Assembly (NCBI RefSeq): GCF_054482525.1
Contig: NZ_CM137006.1
Strand: one strand, 5' to 3'
DNA: 64,000 nt
Position numbers and translations under genes: made by a program. Positions within the stretch are counted from its first letter, which is position 1, and the number at the start of each line of letters is the position of its first letter. The notes beneath the pieces are model-generated. The model made no database searches. It saw only the letters and a list, made by a program, of their open reading frames with translations, and had not been told where the DNA came from. Shown here piece by piece: positions 22,681 to 32,523 of the stretch.

Positions 22681-22771
22681 ATGCTGGAAATTCTGTTTAT
22701 CAATTAAACTTCTGGCTAAATTGTTCTTATGCTTCTTTTTCCTCCTGAGGTGATCACGTGATGACAAAAAC

Positions 22772-23080
22772 TTATCTGCTCATGGTCATATCTGAAGAAA
22801 GCGTATGTCTCACTTCGTCATTAACACCTTTGACTGCTGATCTGGCAGGTACAGTATGTAAAGTAAGCCATTCGTCAATAGCTGATGAACGCCAGCCCAC
22901 AGAACCACTACCAAGACGTACCGGCCTGGGGAAGGTTGCATCGTAGTATTTCGATAACGGATTCATTTTTTCGTAAATTGTCGAACGAGATATACCTAAC
23001 AATTGGCTCAGTTCAGGCATCCGTAAGATGCGTGAAGGAGTCCTGCAGTGTCCGGATTGATCTGGCATTTTATCCCCCAT
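22772..23080 (-). CDS. alpA: AlpA-family transcriptional regulator / excisionase-like
   Basis: ORF 22772..23152; the region RILRMPELSQLLGISRSTIYEKMNPLSKYYDATFPRPVRLGSGSVGWRSSAIDEWL matches the AlpA HTH family; start codon uncertain. Confidence 0.6.
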   Translation of the reverse strand: MGDKMPDQSGHCRTPSRILRMPELSQLLGISRSTIYEKMNPLSKYYDATFPRPVRLGSGSVGWRSSAIDEWLTLHTVPARSAVKGVNDEVRHTLSSDMTMSR

Positions 23081-23229
23081 AGTGTGGTGAACTGTCGTTA
23101 CAGTTTGTATTCCCCGGGTAAATTTGTCTGCGTAAAAAAATGGGTTGAGCAAAAAGACAATAAATAATTAAAAATCAATATGATAGAAAACGACAGCATT
23201 AGTGTTATTTTACTTTTCCCTTATCGCTG

Positions 23230-23990
23230 TCGATTCTCATTATCATTCATGGCAAAAAAACAGCAAAAGAGGCCCTGGTAATGACTCCTGTCAGTAGTAC
23301 ATGTGTTTTCGATAAATGAACCAATGGCTTTTCGTGAATTTCCAGGGAGCGTAAAAAGTAAATCGTTTTCCGGGCAGGTCGTTTGATGTGAGTACGAAGT
23401 GTCAGATTGTTGCGCTCAATGCGCCGGGTAAATATCTTGCCGACAAGATGCTTATCCTGTGGCATTTCTCTGGTATAACTGCTCCGGTTGTCTCTGGTTA
23501 TCATGCCTGCGGAGAATGGCTTCAGGAATTCCGGCAACTCACGGCATGTTTCATCAGTGCGAGGACCAAAAGTGTAAGCCAGCACACCGTCAGCTTTGGT
23601 CTTATACGCGTACCAGTGCCACTGCTGACGAGCTTTGTTTTCGACAAAACTCCATTGTTCATCAAGTTCACAGATAAGTGCCACATCGACACTGGCGGCT
23701 GGAGATATGGTTACTTTACGTGGTGAGCGTTTTTTAAAGTGAGAATGACGGTGTTGATATCCACCTTCAGCGTTCTGGAGCTATCGCGAACCCCGGCTCC
23801 GTTATGAACCATTTCAACAATTTGCTCTTTAATGCCTGGTTTTCGGGTTTCGTAGATGTAATTCAGTTGAAATACACGTTTGCAGGATTAGCACTGGAAA
23901 CGCTCATGATCTGAGGTGCTGTGATCATAACGGTACACTTTATAGGAATTACAGCGGGGAGAATATACTGTAACTGTTGCCATATGGTCT
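23230..23990 (-). mobile_element. IS1-family element remnant (InsB-like ORF and InsA-like frame with premature stop)
   Basis: ORF 23247..23684 resembles IS1 InsB (ELDEQWSFV..., FTRRIERNNLTLRTHIKR); an upstream minus-strand frame starting MATVTVYSPRCNSYKVYRYDH is InsA-like but stops early; boundaries approximate. Confidence 0.45.
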
Positions 23991-24179
23991 CCAGATACCA
24001 ATAGAATACAACATTAATCTATCGTCAGAAGGCATCACCGGGGCCTTCTGACATAATCTGTTAATACGTGTACTATTACCCTGTTCAGAAAACATTGATT
24101 CAAAAATGAAAACCAGTTAACAGAAAAGCAAAATGATATAATGTTAAAATTTTATATAGTGCAATAAAAGGAGAATGTT

Positions 24180-25997
24180 ATGTATAATTTTATCACTATA
24201 ATGTATGATGTCTTTTCATGTTTTGGTGTTCTGGCTAAAAACCAGAATAGCCGTGACATCCGAAATATTAAAAATTTTTCCTCACATCAACATTCACTGG
24301 GCGACATGTTTGATGAATTAATAAACATTATTGATAAAGAACAAGTATTGAGTAAAGAACAACGAAAAGTTATATTTAGGAGATATGAAGATCTCTATGT
24401 TAAGCTAATGCACTATTCTGTTTTTACAGACAAAACACATCAAATAATAAAACAAAAATATTTTAATGACATTGTACCAATGATTCTCGCACTCGACATC
24501 AGGAACACATATCGCCCGGATAATGAGATGGCATTTTACTATCATATTCATTCTTTTCTCACTCAGATACCGGATAATGAGGATGATATATATCATGCTG
24601 CAAGGACATATCTGCGAAATTACGTTAAGTTATGTTTATCCGGATACACGCCAGCGAATGCGCATTTCAAAGATATCTTTGATGGCGTATATGAATTCAT
24701 TCGTAATATTCGCAAAAACAGTACACCAGGAAAAACAAAACTTATCGCAACTATCAACACATGCAAAGAAACCTGTAAACATCTGCTTTATTTAAGTAAT
24801 GAAGACAAGGAAAAAATAATTTCTGACTTAGATAAAGTTCAGGTTGCATGTTATTATCTCACTATATTACTGGCTTTCGAAAGACGAACTTCATTAACAA
24901 GCACCCTGGCAACTTTATATAAAATGCTGATAAGCGAAAGAGAAGTTTCAGAATATGAATGCCAGTTATTATATTTAACCAACCCAATAGATGTAATGAA
25001 TATACTGAACAAATACATATATTACTTTCCTAATGAGAACTCACCATTTTATACACTGAAAATTGACAGTGCATTATCGTGGGATGCCATTGACGCAATA
25101 CGAGACTATAGTATTTCTGATATTTATCTTTATCCTGAACAAAAAACAATAAATTGTGTCGTTGAGATTGAAAACATTGTCTTTGGCGGTTACATTTATA
25201 CATTGAACAACGGCGTCACATTACAAAACATAGAAAACTCTTTAAAAGATTCTTCATGCCATTATGTCTTAAATGGCTATACAGAATTTGTTAACTGTTT
25301 GAGACAACTTACTTCAGGAAAGACTGAAAGTGTTCATCGCACCATCAATAAACTGAACTATGAGAAATTACCTTTTGGATTTATCATTGCCGCGTTTGCT
25401 ATACTAAAGATAGCATTTAAAATAAAATTCAGTAAAAATCATGTAAATATCCGAGCATTATTAAATGACATCAATTATTTTATGACTTATCAGGGCGAGT
25501 CCATTAACCTTATTTCACTGGATCACGAATACCCAGAGTCCTGTCTTCAAAATGACACAAACACATATTTATTAGGAAGAGTAATATTTCTGTATAACTC
25601 AATGATTTATAAGTTCATAAACTGTCAGGAACATGAAACCAATAACATTCACTCAGCTATGATAAATAACCTATTACAGGAAGTTGATATAGCCCTTGGT
25701 AAAATAAATGACATTATAGACAGCAGAAACATATCAACCCCCCATGAACTGGCAAATATTCTTACCCGCGAAAAAATACTTACAACACGGGAAAAAAAAG
25801 GAAACCTGATAAGCCTGTTTGATGGATTCACTTTATTCCATTGTGTTGGAATGATAACCTTTCTTATCCATTATCTCAGAACACCTGAAGAAAAAGTTGA
25901 AAATATATTTATGTTATATGGTGCAGATAAAAACAATAAACTACGCAGAAGACTGATTTATGACGCACTAGGAATAATTCAGTCTCAGCAGGAGTGA
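24180..25997 (+). CDS. hypothetical protein (605 aa), strongly AT-rich orphan gene
   Basis: ATG at 24180 preceded by AAAGGAG (24167-24173); no motif recognised; composition far more AT-rich than the backbone. Confidence 0.6.
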   Translation: MYNFITIMYDVFSCFGVLAKNQNSRDIRNIKNFSSHQHSLGDMFDELINIIDKEQVLSKEQRKVIFRRYEDLYVKLMHYSVFTDKTHQIIKQKYFNDIVPMILALDIRNTYRPDNEMAFYYHIHSFLTQIPDNEDDIYHAARTYLRNYVKLCLSGYTPANAHFKDIFDGVYEFIRNIRKNSTPGKTKLIATINTCKETCKHLLYLSNEDKEKIISDLDKVQVACYYLTILLAFERRTSLTSTLATLYKMLISEREVSEYECQLLYLTNPIDVMNILNKYIYYFPNENSPFYTLKIDSALSWDAIDAIRDYSISDIYLYPEQKTINCVVEIENIVFGGYIYTLNNGVTLQNIENSLKDSSCHYVLNGYTEFVNCLRQLTSGKTESVHRTINKLNYEKLPFGFIIAAFAILKIAFKIKFSKNHVNIRALLNDINYFMTYQGESINLISLDHEYPESCLQNDTNTYLLGRVIFLYNSMIYKFINCQEHETNNIHSAMINNLLQEVDIALGKINDIIDSRNISTPHELANILTREKILTTREKKGNLISLFDGFTLFHCVGMITFLIHYLRTPEEKVENIFMLYGADKNNKLRRRLIYDALGIIQSQQE

Positions 25998-26183
25998 AGA
26001 GTTAAACAGGCAAATTATTTTTTATAAAAAGGGGATTGTTAAGTAATCCCCTGTTAATCAAAATACGCTTTCCTGACGATCTGATAATTATCAGCTCAAT
26101 ACATTTGACATAAAAGCGGTTTCTTAATTACTACTGCTACGATCACATATCAAATCATGATCGTACAATATACATTTTCACTA

Positions 26184-27386
26184 TTATTTATTCACAATTT
26201 GAGACATCACATAATCCGCCCATGCCTGCATCATCGGTACACGCTGCTCCAGTAGATCAGTACGATGATATGCCGCCTCAACCTTATTTTTCAGCGTATG
26301 AGCGAGCGCCCTTTCCGCCAGATCCCGCGAATACCCCTGTTCGCTACACCAGTCCCTGAATGTTGAGCGAAAACCATGTGCCGTGGCAACTCGCCCCGGA
26401 ATGTCACTGACGGCTTTCTTTTTACGCAGAAAACTTGTCAACACCATATCGGAAAGGATCTGCTGCTTTCTGGGTGAAGGGAACACCAGTTCATCATGCA
26501 GGCCACGTATATTTTCCAGAATGTAAATAGCCTGCCGGGATAAAGGAACACGATGCTGTAGCCTAGCTTTCATTCTTTCTGCAGGTATAGTCCATACCCG
26601 CTTATGAAAATCAATTTCAGCCCAGCGCATTCCCCTGGCTTCGCCCGAGCGAGTTGCTGTAAGTATCACCATTAATAACAGTGCGCGGGTAACATTATAA
26701 GGTTCATCGGTATACACACTGGTCGCCACAAAAAGCGGTAACTGCCTCCAGGGCATTGCGGGTTGGTGTTCATCACGTCCTCTTGTCTGCTGAGGAAGCA
26801 AATGGTCAACCACATCAACAGGATTTGCTACACAAAAACCGTGCGCCCATCCCCACTGCATAACAACATGAATGCGCTGTTTAACCCGGCTTGCCGTTTC
26901 TGACAAGGTTAACCAGACTGGACGCAGTGTTTCTGCCACGTCCGCAGCCGTAATCGAATCCAGCGTTTTTGCTCCCAGTTGAGGAAACGCGTAATTCTCA
27001 AGCGTCGATAACCACTGCCTTACATGCTTTGGATTTTCCCATCCAGGAGACAGTTCTGCATGTACACGCCTGGCTGCATCGGCAAATGTTGGGATAGCGA
27101 CTTTCTCAGATTCAGCCTTTTTAATCTCCAGAGGATCATCACCTGCAGCAAGTTGCTCTCGCATTATCCGGGCAGTACGTGCAGCTTCAGCAATACTGAC
27201 CTCTGGGTAAGTTCCCAATCCAGCATTACGTCTTTTTTGTGTCACCGGACTTACATAACGAAAAACCCATTTCCCCCGCCCCTTTACTGAAGAAGGATGA
27301 AGGGTCAGTCCGGTAATTCCCCCATGGGGCAATGGTTTGTCATCAGGTTTGATATGTCTTGCTTTCGTATCCGTCAATACTGCCAT
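26184..27386 (-). CDS. int: tyrosine site-specific integrase (P4/CP4-57 IntA-like)
   Basis: 400-aa ORF with phage-integrase C-terminal catalytic region (...HGFRSTFRDW...LAHTL...AYHRTDL); N-terminus lies about 160 bp from the island-end direct repeats. Confidence 0.85.
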   Translation of the reverse strand: MAVLTDTKARHIKPDDKPLPHGGITGLTLHPSSVKGRGKWVFRYVSPVTQKRRNAGLGTYPEVSIAEAARTARIMREQLAAGDDPLEIKKAESEKVAIPTFADAARRVHAELSPGWENPKHVRQWLSTLENYAFPQLGAKTLDSITAADVAETLRPVWLTLSETASRVKQRIHVVMQWGWAHGFCVANPVDVVDHLLPQQTRGRDEHQPAMPWRQLPLFVATSVYTDEPYNVTRALLLMVILTATRSGEARGMRWAEIDFHKRVWTIPAERMKARLQHRVPLSRQAIYILENIRGLHDELVFPSPRKQQILSDMVLTSFLRKKKAVSDIPGRVATAHGFRSTFRDWCSEQGYSRDLAERALAHTLKNKVEAAYHRTDLLEQRVPMMQAWADYVMSQIVNK

Positions 27387-27546
27387 ACGCTAATTCCCGT
27401 CACTCTGGTATGCCATCCAGTATGCCATTAGTCTCTCGCTTCACTAAGAATACATTAGATAATATCGGACAACAAAAAGTGTAATACATTGTTTATAATG
27501 AAATTATATAACACCCCTGGATTAAGTCAGATTTATTTCAGGCGGT

Positions 27547-27606
27547 CCCCCTCACCGCCATATTCAAAGAAGAGCTCGTACGAAAGTGCGAGCTTTTTTT
27601 TCGCAT
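27547..27606 (+). repeat. direct repeat copy 1 containing a tRNA 3'-end-like motif (TCCCCCTCACCGCCA) and a terminator-like hairpin plus T-run
   Basis: Near-identical to 27724-27785 (one substitution and one indel); the ...CTCACCGCCA end resembles the acceptor/CCA end of tRNA-Ser. Confidence 0.5.
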
Positions 27607-27723
27607 ATTGCACTCCAGGGGGGATGAGAAGCCCCGACCGGGGTTCGACAACTGGCGCAGCCAGTTGGACAGACCACGAACGCAGTGAGTGGGCTGCCCG
27701 CAGGGCGAGCGAAGCGAGTCAAT

Positions 27724-27785
27724 CCCCCCCCTCACCGCCATATTCAAAGAAGAGCTCGTACGAAAGTACGAGTTTTTTTTCGCAT
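27724..27785 (+). repeat. direct repeat copy 2 containing a tRNA 3'-end-like motif (AATCCCCCCCCTCACCGCCA) and a terminator-like hairpin plus T-run
   Basis: See copy 1; this copy has a longer match to a tRNA-Ser T-arm/acceptor 3' strand, but no complementary 5' acceptor strand (GGTGAGG) exists upstream, so it is not an intact tRNA. Confidence 0.5.
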
Positions 27786-28083
27786 TTTATCTGCCTGTAC
27801 GGCAGTGAACGGTATAAAAATCGAGTTTTTCTTTCGGTTGGCTTTCTAAGCTGCCTGTACGGCAGTGAACTCAAATACTACACGTCTAGCCCGTTGTTAA
27901 TAAAGCAAAACCATCTCATTTTCCTGCTACCACCCTTTTTTATCCTTACCTTCCCGCAGCACTAATTATCAACAACTTACAATCATCATCAAAAAAAGGG
28001 TCTGAACCTCCTCCACCCCATAAATAAAAAGTCCGTAACCTCTTTCGAGATTACGGACTTCACCAACCTACCTAACAATTAGA

Positions 28084-30360
28084 TTAATGCGTTGCTTCCG
28101 CCTTGTGCTTTTGTGCACTCTGGAATCCGTAAGTCAGCTCATTTTTCTCTTTATCCAGCGCGACGGTGACCTGACCGCCGTCCACCAGCGAACCAAACAG
28201 CAGTTCGTTGGCGAGCGGTTTTTTCAGGTTGTCCTGGATGACACGCGCCATCGGACGTGCGCCCATTGCCCGGTCGTAACCTTTCTCGGCCAGCCAGTTA
28301 CGCGCTTCCTGGCTCACTTCCAGAGAAACACCTTTCTGATCCAACTGAACCTGCAACTCGACGATGAATTTATCCACTACCTGATGGATCACGTCGGTGG
28401 AGAGATGATCGAACCAGATAATGTTGTCGAGACGGTTACGAAACTCCGGCGTAAAGATCTTCTTGATCTCTTCCATCGCATCGGTGCTGTTGTCCTGGTG
28501 GATAAGACCAATCGATTTACGCTCAGTTTCTCGTACCCCAGCGTTGGTGGTCATCACCAATACCACGTTACGGAAGTCCGCTTTGCGTCCGTTGTTATCG
28601 GTCAGCGTACCGTTGTCCATCACCTGCAACAGAATATTGAACACGTCCGGGTGCGCTTTCTCGATTTCGTCCAGCAGCAGCACCGCATGTGGATGCTTGA
28701 TGACCGCATCAGTCAGCAAACCGCCCTGATCAAAACCAACGTATCCCGGAGGCGCACCAATCAGACGGCTGACGGTATGGCGTTCCATATACTCGGACAT
28801 ATCAAAGCGCAGAAGCTCAATGCCCAAAGCTTTCGAAAGCTGTACCGTCACCTCTGTTTTCCCGACCCCGGTAGGGCCTGCAAACAGGAACGAACCGACC
28901 GGTTTATGTTCGTGACCTAAACCTGCACGCGCCATCTTAATGGCTTCAGTCAGCGCCTCAATGGCTTTATCCTGACCGAAGACCAGCATTTTCAGGCGAT
29001 CGCCGAGGTTTTTCAGGGTATCGCGGTCACTCTGAGAAACACTCTTCTCTGGAATGCGTGCAATACGGGCCACCACGGACTCAATATCCGCCACATTAAC
29101 GGTTTTCTTGCGTTTGCTTACCGGCATCAGGCGTGCGCGAGCGCCCGCTTCGTCGATAACGTCAATGGCTTTATCCGGCAGATGACGATCGTTAATGTAT
29201 TTCACCGCCAGCTCTACCGCTGCACGCACCGCTTTTGCGGTATAACGCACGTCGTGGTGCGCTTCATACTTCGGTTTCAGGCCATTGATGATTTGAACAG
29301 TTTCTTCGATCGACGGTTCAGTAATATCAATTTTCTGGAAGCGACGCGCCAGAGCACGGTCTTTCTCGAAAATGTTGCTGAACTCCTGATAGGTTGTCGA
29401 ACCAATTACGCGAATTTTACCGCTGGAGAGCAGCGGTTTGATCAGGTTAGCCGCATCGACCTGGCCACCAGAGGCTGCACCCGCACCGATAATGGTGTGG
29501 ATCTCATCAATAAACAGGATGCTGTTAGTATCCTGCTCCAGCTGCTTGAGCAACGCTTTAAAACGTTTTTCAAAGTCGCCGCGATATTTAGTGCCCGCTA
29601 ACAGAGAACCGATATCGAGAGAGTAAATCGTACAGTCAGCCATCACTTCCGGCACATCGCCCTGAACAATTCGCCAGGCAAGACCTTCCGCAATCGCGGT
29701 TTTACCGACACCAGATTCCCCCACCAGCAGCGGGTTGTTTTTACGGCGACGGCAGAGAACCTGAATAGCACGCTCCAGCTCCTTCTCACGACCAATCAGT
29801 GGGTCGATTCCGCCCACACGCGCAAGCTGATTCAGGTTCGTCGTGAAATTCTCCATACGTTCCTCCCCACCAGCTTGTTCTTCGCTGTTTGGCTGGCTGC
29901 CAGGATCAGAAGACTGTGTCGGCTCGTCTTTACGCGTGCCATGAGAGATAAAGTTCACCACATCGAGACGGCTGACTTCATGTTTACGCAACAGATATGC
30001 CGCCTGCGACTCCTGTTCGCTAAAGATAGCGACCAGAACGTTTGCACCGGTAACCTCATTGCGACCGGAGGACTGGACATGGAAGACCGCACGTTGCAGT
30101 ACACGCTGAAAACTCAGCGTCGGCTGTGTGTCGCGCTCCTCTTCACTGGCAGGCAGAACGGGTGTGGTTTGTTCAATAAAGGCTTCCAGTTCCTGACGGA
30201 GCGCAACCAAATCCACAGAACACGCTTCCAGCGCCTCCCGGGCAGATGGGTTACTGAGCAGCGCCAGTAACAAGTGCTCGACGGTCATAAACTCATGACG
30301 GTGCTCGCGCGCTCTGGCGAAAGCCATATTTAAACTGAGTTCCAGTTCTTGATTGAGCAT
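28084..30360 (-). CDS. clpA: ATP-dependent Clp protease ATP-binding subunit ClpA
   Basis: ORF 28084..30375; protein begins [35 protein letters not shown]...; two AAA+ modules ([16 protein letters not shown]). Confidence 0.95.
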   Translation of the reverse strand: MLNQELELSLNMAFARAREHRHEFMTVEHLLLALLSNPSAREALEACSVDLVALRQELEAFIEQTTPVLPASEEERDTQPTLSFQRVLQRAVFHVQSSGRNEVTGANVLVAIFSEQESQAAYLLRKHEVSRLDVVNFISHGTRKDEPTQSSDPGSQPNSEEQAGGEERMENFTTNLNQLARVGGIDPLIGREKELERAIQVLCRRRKNNPLLVGESGVGKTAIAEGLAWRIVQGDVPEVMADCTIYSLDIGSLLAGTKYRGDFEKRFKALLKQLEQDTNSILFIDEIHTIIGAGAASGGQVDAANLIKPLLSSGKIRVIGSTTYQEFSNIFEKDRALARRFQKIDITEPSIEETVQIINGLKPKYEAHHDVRYTAKAVRAAVELAVKYINDRHLPDKAIDVIDEAGARARLMPVSKRKKTVNVADIESVVARIARIPEKSVSQSDRDTLKNLGDRLKMLVFGQDKAIEALTEAIKMARAGLGHEHKPVGSFLFAGPTGVGKTEVTVQLSKALGIELLRFDMSEYMERHTVSRLIGAPPGYVGFDQGGLLTDAVIKHPHAVLLLDEIEKAHPDVFNILLQVMDNGTLTDNNGRKADFRNVVLVMTTNAGVRETERKSIGLIHQDNSTDAMEEIKKIFTPEFRNRLDNIIWFDHLSTDVIHQVVDKFIVELQVQLDQKGVSLEVSQEARNWLAEKGYDRAMGARPMARVIQDNLKKPLANELLFGSLVDGGQVTVALDKEKNELTYGFQSAQKHKAEATH

Positions 30361-30390
30361 AGGCACCTCCCCCAATTTTTATGCCTGCAT

Positions 30391-30711
30391 TCAGGCTTTT
30401 TCTAGCGTACACAGCAATGGATGCTCATTCTCCCTCGCGTACTTGTTCACCATCGCCACTTTGGTTTCTGCAACCTCGGCGGTAAAGACTCCGCAAATGG
30501 CCTTCCCCTGGTAGTGAACAGCGAGCATCAATTGCGTTGCACGTTCTACATCATAAGAAAAGAATTTTTGTAACACGTCAATAACAAACTCCATCGGAGT
30601 GTAATCATCATTGACTAATATCACTTTATACATAGATGGCGGTTTTAGCGCGTCGCGAACTTTTTCTTCCGCCAGTTGATCAAAGTCCAGCCAGTCGTTC
30701 GTTTTACCCAT
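30391..30711 (-). CDS. clpS: ClpA adaptor protein ClpS
   Basis: 106-aa [50 protein letters not shown]...; immediately upstream of clpA. Confidence 0.95.
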
Positions 30712-30795
30712 TGTCAGTTATCATCTTCGGTTACGGTTATCGGCAGAACGCCCTGCCGCTGACAAGAGCTTATTTGCCTGACCAATCTACTCCAC

Positions 30796-30813
30796 ATGAT
30801 AGATAACTATCAT
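30796..30813 (+). repeat. putative attL core (ATGATAGATAACTATCAT), imperfect 18-bp direct repeat of 41786-41803
   Basis: 17/18 identity with the copy next to cspD; itself palindromic (ATGATAG/CTATCAT arms); lies at the left junction of the satellite-like element. Confidence 0.55.
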
Positions 30814-31497
30814 TTATATCATTTAGTTAATTAGTCTTTATTTTTCATTATGTTGCAAATAACAAGCCCGTCAAAAACAGTGATATTAACTACACCATTA
30901 ACTACACCGCTTCACGAACAATATCGAACAACCGCGAACAAAGATCAACACGCTTTAATCATTATCATTTTCCGGCTATCCGTCATGAAGCTGGTGGATG
31001 ATCTGCGTGGTGATTTCCACCATTCAGAGCAGGGGCGGTCATCATGACCATGCCATAACAAAAACCCCATATTCGTGGTTTTTCTGTGTCGGGGCTATTC
31101 TGCTGTTGCCGTGCTGGTGGATATTCTCCGGTATGCGGCTCCCCATATCGGCATCAGGCCCACCAGCGTGAAGCGTTTTTCATTTTTCGCGGGTATAAAA
31201 AATCGATGGGGCTGGCAGTCCTGAAGACGTCAGGGTACGGAGATTTGACCCGCCCCTCCCTGTGCATGAGCACAATAAGTAACCGAAGGCGGAATTCCGC
31301 CCTCGGTACTTACATATGAGAAACGATATTTCTTCCACCGATACCCTTTATTTGGGTATTGCGAGTAAGCCCCAAAATCTGGGTGTTACTCTTACTACCC
31401 AAACTACGGGTAGTTTCCGTAGTTTCATGGTCGAGTTGCAAATCTGCAACTCACCCACCAGCCAACGCAATTTTGCGTTATCGGGAATATCAGCAAG

Positions 31498-31785
31498 TTA
31501 CCGCCGCAGTCGTTCCGGCTTCTTCCACTGGTAAGTATTTTTCGCGCTCTCCCTCCGTTGTTGAGAACGGCGACGGTATGCCAGCAACTCAAGGACTCTG
31601 GTTCGTATGTTGCGCATATCCACGCCGTTAAGCTCAATACCATCACGGCGCATCACCTCAGCAACAACACGCGCGTAATTTTCAGCGGTGACTGTATCCG
31701 GCTGCGCGGCCTGTTCGTCAGCCAACTGGCTGATTCCACCAGCACAGCGGATTAATCGCAGTATTTCAGATTCGGTCATTATCAT
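31498..31785 (-). CDS. hypothetical protein (95 aa), packaging-module associated
   Basis: ORF whose start overlaps the small-terminase gene stop (4-bp overlap); function unknown. Confidence 0.45.
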   Translation of the reverse strand: MIMTESEILRLIRCAGGISQLADEQAAQPDTVTAENYARVVAEVMRRDGIELNGVDMRNIRTRVLELLAYRRRSQQRRESAKNTYQWKKPERLRR

Positions 31786-32270
31786 GCCTGTTTTGCGACC
31801 TCATTCACTACGTCATTTTTTACCATCCGGCTGATAATCTGATTACACAAATCGTCAATAATTGACTGCACTCTGTTTACTGCCATCGGTTTAAGCCCGG
31901 CATCACGTGCCAGAATATTGGGGAGTTTTGCCAGTTCCTCGCTTACGATTTCCCCCCATATAGCCATCTCTTTTCGCACATCATCGGCGGGTATGAGTTG
32001 CGCCGTTTCCTGTTCGAACTTGAGGCGTTCACGTTCGGACTGATACCAGGCCTTACGGTCATGTGGCTCCATTTCTTCCAGTGATGCCGGAACGGGAAGA
32101 TCAAGAAAACAGGTCAGAATGTCAGTCACCCGATAGAGTTTCAGCTTGTCATGCCCTCCGGCTGGCTGGATGTTTTTCAGCCTTGCCGCCGCAGTCTGAC
32201 GACATATTCCCGCTATCGCCGCCAGTTGATTAATGTTCAGCATCAGATTTTTCAGTTCTCGATCCATACC
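31782..32270 (-). CDS. phage terminase small subunit-like protein
   Basis: ORF 31782..32354; likely start at MDRELKNLMLNINQLAAIAGICRQTAAARLKN (HTH typical of TerS/Nu1-like proteins). Confidence 0.55.
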   Translation of the reverse strand, partial: GMDRELKNLMLNINQLAAIAGICRQTAAARLKNIQPAGGHDKLKLYRVTDILTCFLDLPVPASLEEMEPHDRKAWYQSERERLKFEQETAQLIPADDVRKEMAIWGEIVSEELAKLPNILARDAGLKPMAVNRVQSIIDDLCNQIISRMVKNDVVNEVAKQA

Positions 32271-32523
32271 CGCTCCAGAATGTTTTAAACATGCATCTTG
32301 CGAACAACTTTCAGAAGAGGTCAAAAAATGCGCTATATGTTGAGCATAAAACAAGCAAAATTAACATGCCAAAAATAAAAATACTTAAAATTCAATACAA
32401 TATGAAGATGATGATGACGAATGAAAATGCAAAAACTAGCCTTTTTCCGCGCCGCTCCCGCCCCGTGGCAGACCACTCCACCGGGAGGACCCGTAAAAAA
32501 GGCGGCTGTCGCCGCCCTTGTTG

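Larger units (their letters stand above)
10460..27606. mobile_element. integrase-associated genomic island (CP4-57/P4-like backbone); left boundary undetermined and may lie beyond the window
   Basis: Integrase, AlpA, DUF3987 and YfjJ-like genes, IS elements, AT-rich cargo, ending at tRNA-3'-end-like direct repeats next to clpA. The K-12 neighbours I would expect left of clpA (serW, infA, aat) are absent from the window. Confidence 0.4.

Noticed and set aside
27611-27740. Possible intact tRNA-Ser gene ending at the CTCACCGCCA motif
   Set aside because: Only the 3' about 20 nt resemble tRNA-Ser; there is no complementary 5' acceptor strand (GGTGAGG) or recognisable D/anticodon arms within 90 nt upstream on either strand, so I treat it as an att-type partial copy, not a tRNA.
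28087-28920. 277-aa plus-strand ORF, and other antisense ORFs (28421..28729, 29182..29601, 29875..30270) inside clpA
   Set aside because: Fully embedded antisense to the well-supported clpA coding sequence; typical shadow ORFs.
31278-31312. Strong hairpin (ccgaaggcgg-aatt-ccgccctcgg) in the satellite distal region as a terminator or sRNA
   Set aside because: No adjacent U-tract on either strand and no coding context; it could be a recombination or packaging site, but the evidence is too thin to call.
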